The notes beneath the pieces were generated by a model. That model had not been told where the DNA came from. It saw only the letters and a list, made by a program, of their open reading frames with translations, and did no database searches. The position numbers and the translations under genes were made by a program. Positions 7,622-11,949 of a stretch of DNA of 11,949 nucleotides are shown piece after piece. Source of the DNA: Candidatus Eiseniibacteriota bacterium (GTDB taxonomy: Bacteria > Eisenbacteria > RBG-16-71-46); NCBI GenBank assembly GCA_031366795.1, contig JANLOX010000180.1, positions 1 through 11,949 of the forward strand. Reading direction: 5' to 3'. The number at the start of each line of letters is the position of its first letter. The first letter of the stretch is position 1.

Positions 7622-8454
7622 TACGACTCCGCATCCGCGGGGAAGCGCTTCGCCTTCACGTCCGCCACAAATTGCGCGAACGCCTGGCGCGTCGCATCGC
7701 CGAGTTCGGCGTAGCGGCGCACGAACTTCGCGGTGCGGCCGTGGTAGAGCCCGAGCATGTCGTGCGACACCAGCACCTGACCGTCGCAATTGACACCCGC
7801 GCCGATGCCGATCGTCGGGATCGCCAGCTCGCGGCTGACCTGCCCGCCGAGCCGCGAGGGAATGCCTTCGAGCACGATGGCGAAACAACCCGCGGCCTCG
7901 AGCTGCTTGGCTTCCTGCAGCAGGAGCTCCTGGTCCGCCTCGCCCCGCGCCTGCACACGGTAGCCGCCGAAGGCGAGCACCGATTGGGGCGTGAGCCCCA
8001 GATGCCCCATCACCGGAATGCCCGCCGCGACCATCGCCTGGATTGCGGGCACGACGCGCGCGCCGCCTTCGAGCTTCACCGCGTCGGCGCCGCCCTCCTG
8101 GATCAGGCGGCCGGCGTTGGCGATGGCCTGCTCGACGCTCACCTGGTACGACATGAAGGGCATGTCGGCGATCACCAGCGCCGAAGTCTTCGCCCGCGTC
8201 ACGGCGCGTGTGTGGTGCAGCATGTCGGCCATCGTCACCGGCAACGTGCTGTCGTAGCCGAGCACGACCGTGCCGAGGCTGTCCCCTACCAGCAACGCTT
8301 CGACGCCCGCCTGGTCGGCGAGCCGCGCCGTCGGGAAGTCGTAGGCGGTCACCACCGTGATGATCTCACCCTTGCGCTTCAGGTCGACGATCGCCGGTGC
8401 GGTCAGCTTGGCGCGCGGCGCCTTCGGCGCGCCCACCGCGGGATCCTGCGTCAT
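7618..8454 (-). CDS. panB: 3-methyl-2-oxobutanoate hydroxymethyltransferase
   Basis: TAYD, LLVGDSLG, ADMPFMSY, AVKLEGG, GHLGLTPQ, PTIGIGAG, CDGQVLV.HDMLG and KFVRRY. Confidence 0.97.
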   Translation of the reverse strand: MTQDPAVGAPKAPRAKLTAPAIVDLKRKGEIITVVTAYDFPTARLADQAGVEALLVGDSLGTVVLGYDSTLPVTMADMLHHTRAVTRAKTSALVIADMPFMSYQVSVEQAIANAGRLIQEGGADAVKLEGGARVVPAIQAMVAAGIPVMGHLGLTPQSVLAFGGYRVQARGEADQELLLQEAKQLEAAGCFAIVLEGIPSRLGGQVSRELAIPTIGIGAGVNCDGQVLVSHDMLGLYHGRTAKFVRRYAELGDATRQAFAQFVADVKAKRFPADAESY

Positions 8455-9101
8455 GGAGTCTCCTCGCGTTCGATCGGCTGGTAGTACGTCGTCCCCTGCC
8501 GGTGCGAGCGGATGCGGTTCAAGAGGTCTTCGTAGTCACCCGGGTTGTTGACGAAATCGATGGCATTGGTGTTGACCACGAGCAGCGGCGCCTGCGTGTA
8601 GTGGAAGAAGAAATGATTGTACGCCTCGTTGAGCTGGCGGATGTAACCGGCATCCATGTCCTTCTCGAACGTGCGGCCCCGCTTGGCGATGCGGCGCATC
8701 AGCACTTCGGGGCTGGCCTGCAGGTACACCACCACGTCGGGCGGCATTATCTCGAGTTCCAGCCAGCCGACGAGCCGGTCGTACAGCGCCAGCTCGCGCT
8801 CGGACAGGTTGAGCCCGGCGAAGATGCGGTCCTTCTGGAACAGGTAGTCAGACACCGTCCGCTCGCTGAACAACTCCAGCTGGCGCAGGTTGCGCTGCTG
8901 CTGGAAGCGGCTGAACAGGAAGTGCATCTGCGTCTGGAAGGCGAACCGCTCGCGGTCCTTGTAGAAGTCCTTGAGGAACGGGTTCTCCTCGACTTCCTCG
9001 AGCACCAGCTTGCCCGCGAGGCGATCGGACATCATCCGCGCCAGGCTGGTCTTGCCGGCGCCGATCACCCCTTCCACCACGATGTAGCGGTTCTCGAGCA
9101 T
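8451..9101 (-). CDS. Deoxynucleoside kinase (Dgk/Dck family)
   Basis: P-loop VVEGVIGAGKTSL, ENPFLKDFY, AFQTQ.HFLFSR, SDY, PDVVVYLQAS and the lid RIAKRGR.FE. It sits in the common folK-dNK-panB arrangement. Confidence 0.92.
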   Translation of the reverse strand: MLENRYIVVEGVIGAGKTSLARMMSDRLAGKLVLEEVEENPFLKDFYKDRERFAFQTQMHFLFSRFQQQRNLRQLELFSERTVSDYLFQKDRIFAGLNLSERELALYDRLVGWLELEIMPPDVVVYLQASPEVLMRRIAKRGRTFEKDMDAGYIRQLNEAYNHFFFHYTQAPLLVVNTNAIDFVNNPGDYEDLLNRIRSHRQGTTYYQPIEREETP

Positions 9102-9122
9102 CTTAAAGAGCGGCGCGCTCGT

Positions 9123-9620
9123 TCACGTCCGCGGCTCGGCGGGGACGCGGTTGACGACGTGGCGGTCATCCAGCTTTTTGAGATGCTGCGCCAGCGATTC
9201 GCCGGTGCGCGGGTCCTTGAGCTGCGGATCAATCTCCAGCAGCGGGATCAGCGCGAACGGGCGGTTGAGCAACTCGGCATGCGGCACGGTGAGCCCCGGC
9301 TCATCGACGGGCCCTGAGTCCACGAGCAGCAGGTCCAGGTCGATGGTCCGCGGTCCCCAGCGTTCGTTGCGCACGCGGCCGAGGCCGCGCTCGATGCGCT
9401 GCAGGTTCCACATCACCTGCCCTGGCGATAGATCGCTATCGAGCTCGGCGACGGCGTTCAGGAACCACGGCTGCTCAACGTCGCCCATCGGCTCGGTGTC
9501 GTAGAACGAGGAGACGCGCGCCAACGCGGTGCTCGGCATGTCCGCGAGCAGGTCGAGTGCCGCGCGCAGCATCGCCTCACGGTCGCCAACATTCGAGCCC
9601 AGGCCGACATAGGCGATCAC
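9123..9620 (-). CDS. folK: 2-amino-4-hydroxy-6-hydroxymethyldihydropteridine diphosphokinase (HPPK)
   Basis: AYVGLGSNVGD, SSFYDTEP, QPWFLNAV, IERGLGR, WGPRTIDLDLL, LTVPH and R.F.L.PL. The start is reassigned to GTG 9620 (GTGA overlap with the folB stop). Confidence 0.96.
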   Translation of the reverse strand: MIAYVGLGSNVGDREAMLRAALDLLADMPSTALARVSSFYDTEPMGDVEQPWFLNAVAELDSDLSPGQVMWNLQRIERGLGRVRNERWGPRTIDLDLLLVDSGPVDEPGLTVPHAELLNRPFALIPLLEIDPQLKDPRTGESLAQHLKKLDDRHVVNRVPAEPRT

Positions 9621-9976
9621 GCGTGACGCTCCCGCACCACTTCGATGATGGCGCGGCCACCGGTCGTCCAACCGAGGTTCTGCTTGGAGATGCGCACCTT
9701 CACGCGGCGAATGCTGAAGCGCTCGAGAATCGTCTCGGCCATGCACGCCGCCAGCGCTTCGAGCAAGTGGAAACTCTTGGTCTCGACGACCTCGCGCACC
9801 GTCTGGTAGAGCAGGTCGTAGTCCACCGCATCGCCCAGCCGGTCGCTCATTTCGGCACGGTCGTCGACGGGGTCCAACTCGAGGTCGACCTCGAGCCGTT
9901 GCCCGGCTTCTTTTTCATAAGGACGTGCGCCGTGATGGCCGAAGACCGAAAGTCCTTCGAGGCGGATCAGCGCCAA
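9617..9976 (-). CDS. folB: Dihydroneopterin aldolase
   Basis: IRLEGLSVFGHHG, E...GQ...VD, SDRLGDAVDY, FHLLEALA and VKVRISK. Likely TTG start at 9976 after GGGGG, though the start is uncertain. Confidence 0.92.
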   Translation of the reverse strand: MALIRLEGLSVFGHHGARPYEKEAGQRLEVDLELDPVDDRAEMSDRLGDAVDYDLLYQTVREVVETKSFHLLEALAACMAETILERFSIRRVKVRISKQNLGWTTGGRAIIEVVRERHA

Positions 9977-10035
9977 GGTACCCCCGCGGTAGTAGGCAGG
10001 CCGTCGTGGCTCCAAGGGCCCGCAGGATGCCGCGG

Positions 10036-10064
10036 AATTTAGGGGTCAGGTGCGATGGGGTCAA
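10036..10064 (-). promoter_or_regulatory. Putative sigma-70-type promoter of the folB-tatA operon
   Basis: On the minus strand: TTGACC (10064-10059), 17-nt spacer, TAAATT (10041-10036), about 60 nt upstream of the folB start. Confidence 0.6.
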
Positions 10065-10142
10065 GGCTGGCGGGGGTTGTGCGAAGGGTGCGCACTTGCG
10101 TATTTCGCGGCGAGTGTTTCGGTGGCCGGGCGACAGGGCAGT

Positions 10143-10174
10143 GCGACGGCGCGGCGGCGCGGCGGCGCGGCGGG
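10143..10174. repeat. 8-bp tandem repeat (GCGGCGGC x4, degenerate)
   Basis: GCGACGGC GCGGCGGC GCGGCGGC GCGGCGGG read directly from the sequence. Confidence 0.7.
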
Positions 10175-10204
10175 TTGCGCTGGGATTGTGGCAGCCGATA
10201 GCGT
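10175..10204 (+). promoter_or_regulatory. Possible sigma-70-type promoter for the PP2C gene
   Basis: TTGCGC (10175-10180), 18-nt spacer, TAGCGT (10199-10204). The match to consensus is only moderate. Confidence 0.4.
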
Positions 10205-10211
10205 TGTGACC

Positions 10212-11372
10212 GTGCTGACTCCCAAATTGTTCTACCGGCGCGTCGAGGCGCTGCTCGACCGCGCCAGCGGCGGAACCGGCGCCCGCTCCCTCGCCCAGCT
10301 GATGCCCGCTGCCCTGCTCGAGGAACTCGGCGGGCCGCTGGGGATCACCGCCGTGCTGCTGCTCGAGCCCCGCGATGGGGTGTGGGTCCTGAAACGCAGC
10401 GGCGGTACGGATGCCGCATCGCCCTTGCCGCCGGCTCTCGCTGAGGCGCTCGATCCTGCGCGGTCACTCCCCGAGTTGCCGGCGCAGCTCGCTGAATGGG
10501 GGCTGATCGCGGCCGACGGGCGATTGCTTGCTTTGCGCTTCGCCGATCCCTCTCCCGCACTTTCGCCCCAGCGCCTGCTGTGGCTGTCGGCGCTGCAGCA
10601 TGCCTTCGGCGAGCGCCTGCAGCGCCATGAACTCGAGAACGTGGTCGAGCAATCGCGCGTCATCCAGACCAGCCTGCTGCCCGCGACGCCGCCGCGCTTT
10701 GGCGGTTACGAACTCGCCGCCGCGAGCATTCCGGCGCGAATCGTCGGTGGCGACGCGCACGATTTCATCCCGCTCGATGAGGACACGCTGGCGATCGCCG
10801 TCGCCGACGCCTCGGGCCACGGATTGCCGGCCGCGTTGCAAGCGCGCGATGTCGTGGTCGGCCTGCGCATGGGCGTCGAGCGCGACATGAAGATCACGCG
10901 CATGATCGAGAAGCTCAATCGCGTGATCCACGCCAGCGGGCTCGTGTCGCGCTTCGTCTCGCTGGTGTTCGGCGAGCTCGAACGCAACGGCAACTTCACC
11001 TACGTCAACGCCGGGCATCCGCCGCCGCTACTGTGTGACGATCACGGCGTGCATGCGCTGGGCGTCAGCGGCATGGTGCTGGGTCCCGACGCGACCGCGC
11101 GCTACAAGCAGGGCTTCGCGCACCTCGATCGCGGCGCAGCACTCGTGATGGTGACCGACGGCGTCCTCGAACACGGCACCACTGCGGGCGACGCCTTCGG
11201 CGAGGAGCGGCTCGGCGAGTGGCTGCGTGTGTGGCGCGAGGGGCCGGCGGATGCCGCGGTCGCCGACCTGCTCACGCGGCTCAGGCAGCACAGCAAGGGC
11301 GAGGCGTTCGAGGACGACGTGACGGTTGTGTATGTGCGGCGGCCGAGGGTGGGCGATCGTCCGAGCGAGTAG
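10212..11372 (+). CDS. SpoIIE/RsbU-family PP2C protein phosphatase with an unassigned (possibly degenerate GAF-like) N-terminal domain
   Basis: IQTSLLP, VGGDAHD, VADASGHG, YVNAGHPPP, TDGVLE, FGEERL and EDDVT. The start is uncertain (GTG 10206 or 10212); the upstream extension to 10050 runs through promoter and repeat DNA. Confidence 0.9.
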   Translation: MLTPKLFYRRVEALLDRASGGTGARSLAQLMPAALLEELGGPLGITAVLLLEPRDGVWVLKRSGGTDAASPLPPALAEALDPARSLPELPAQLAEWGLIAADGRLLALRFADPSPALSPQRLLWLSALQHAFGERLQRHELENVVEQSRVIQTSLLPATPPRFGGYELAAASIPARIVGGDAHDFIPLDEDTLAIAVADASGHGLPAALQARDVVVGLRMGVERDMKITRMIEKLNRVIHASGLVSRFVSLVFGELERNGNFTYVNAGHPPPLLCDDHGVHALGVSGMVLGPDATARYKQGFAHLDRGAALVMVTDGVLEHGTTAGDAFGEERLGEWLRVWREGPADAAVADLLTRLRQHSKGEAFEDDVTVVYVRRPRVGDRPSE

Positions 11373-11400
11373 CGTGTCGGAGTCTGCGCCACGCTGCATC

Positions 11401-11515
11401 ACGAGAAATGTTGAGCTCACTCAACAGTAGTCGTCCTGGGACGAGTTCTGTTGAGGTCGCTTAACTTTACTCGCGCGCGGACAGTTGGCGATTGCCAACT
11501 TGCCCCGGGGCAAGT
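11401..11515. repeat. Degenerate 40-bp tandem duplication plus four palindromic (G/C)TTG-N8-(C/T)AA(C/G) boxes
   Basis: 11401-11440 and 11441-11480 match at 27/40 positions (19/25 in the first 25). Boxes lie at 11410-11425, 11450-11465, 11484-11499 and 11499-11514. Confidence 0.65.
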
Positions 11516-11565
11516 CGTGAAACGCCGTCATTGAGTTCGGGCTGGCGTGACCGTTTGAGGAACGT

Positions 11566-11787
11566 ATGGATCGCCCTCACTATCCGACGGATAACCTTGA
11601 GAGAGTGAAGGCTCTTCATCGCAGCCCCCAGACAGTGCTTGCTCCAGTGCTCAATCTGGATCGTCATCGTGGCGAGTTCTGGGAGTCTCGAAGAGTAACT
11701 ACGAACTTCGCTTCGTCGGGATTGCGGGGATCAGCACCGACTGACTATCGACCGCGCTGGCTGCGGTCGTGCCTACGGTCGAAGTAG
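11566..11787 (+). CDS. Possible small hypothetical protein (73 aa)
   Basis: The ATG is preceded by GAGGA (11557-11561). No recognisable motif, and it overlaps the convergent ORF end by 15 nt. It may be spurious. Confidence 0.2.
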   Translation: MDRPHYPTDNLERVKALHRSPQTVLAPVLNLDRHRGEFWESRRVTTNFASSGLRGSAPTDYRPRWLRSCLRSK

Positions 11788-11949
11788 ATCGTAAGGCTCC
11801 AAACCACGCTCGGTTTCTACGAGGGTTCGCGTAGTGATCCCGTAACTTCGGTGACCATGGACCACGCCGCCGCGCAGTTCCTGTTGTTCGTTCTTTACGA
11901 CGATCTCCAGAGTCTCTGCGCTGGCCCACGTGACCTGTACGGGCACCTC
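11773..11949 (-). CDS. 3' end of a hypothetical protein entering from beyond the window (partial)
   Basis: Open minus frame from the window edge: EVPVQVTWASAETLEIVVKNEQQELRGGVVHGHRSYGITTRTLVETERGLEPYDLLRP*, with protein-like beta-strand patterning. A 7-bp hairpin (CGACCGC/GCGGTCG, 11749-11769) follows the stop. It is not listed in the ORF track. Confidence 0.5.
   Translation of the reverse strand, partial: EVPVQVTWASAETLEIVVKNEQQELRGGVVHGHRSYGITTRTLVETERGLEPYDLLRP

Noticed and set aside
5946..9317. Chain of 270-319-aa plus-strand ORFs opposite glmU-N, panC, panB and the kinase
   Set aside because: They mirror the sense genes and have no SD or motif support.
6758..10015. Long N-terminal extensions of panC (to 7888), folK (to 9746) and folB (to 10015) in the ORF track; likewise tatA (to 5038), the PpiD-like gene (2680) and PP2C (10050)
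   Set aside because: The extensions overlap neighbouring genes or promoters. Coupled or SD-supported starts lie where the family motifs begin.
11419..11456. Integron attC-like pattern (ACTCAAC ... GTTGAGG around a hairpin)
   Set aside because: At 38 nt it is well below typical attC length (about 55 nt or more). It has no clear L boxes or extrahelical bases, and there is no integrase in the window.
11401..11515. Possible mini CRISPR array (units start GTT and end AAC)
   Set aside because: The units are only 16-17 nt and divergent, the gaps (24, 18, then overlapping) are too short and unequal, and no cas gene is in the window.
11520..11949. Large structured ncRNA (tmRNA, RNase P, 6S, intron) suggested by many 4-6-bp hairpins
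   Set aside because: No diagnostic motifs on either strand. Stems this short arise by chance, and the right part reads well as a protein C-terminus.
1..11949. A novel multi-gene system (defence, mobile or biosynthetic)
   Set aside because: All confident full-length CDSs belong to well-known housekeeping or signalling families. Nothing in the sequence supports claiming a new system.

Overview
This is a GC-rich bacterial chromosomal window (roughly 65-70% GC by spot counts) made up mostly of housekeeping genes. From left to right: (1) a minus-strand two-component pair, a soluble PAS histidine kinase and an NtrC/AtoC-type sigma-54 response regulator; (2) a divergent plus-strand PpiD/SurA-like membrane-anchored chaperone ending at a long hairpin, probably a bidirectional terminator; (3) a nine-gene minus-strand operon: folB, folK, deoxynucleoside kinase, panB, panC, a stand-alone GlmU N-terminal uridyltransferase, a HIT protein, a LytR_C membrane protein and tatA; (4) a divergent SpoIIE/RsbU-type PP2C phosphatase; (5) a lower-GC tail (~57% GC, 11401-11949) with a degenerate 40-bp tandem repeat, a cluster of palindromic boxes and the 3' end of an unknown minus-strand gene. 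I found no rRNA, tRNA, transposase, integrase or real CRISPR array, and I cannot support a new multi-gene system. The best leads are cis-elements and domain variants: the palindromic box cluster at 11401-11515, candidate enhancer sites over the regulator's stop codon, a hairpin hiding the kinase RBS, a probably leaderless PP2C gene, and a GlmU lacking its acetyltransferase domain. All calls come from manual motif reading; no database searches were run.
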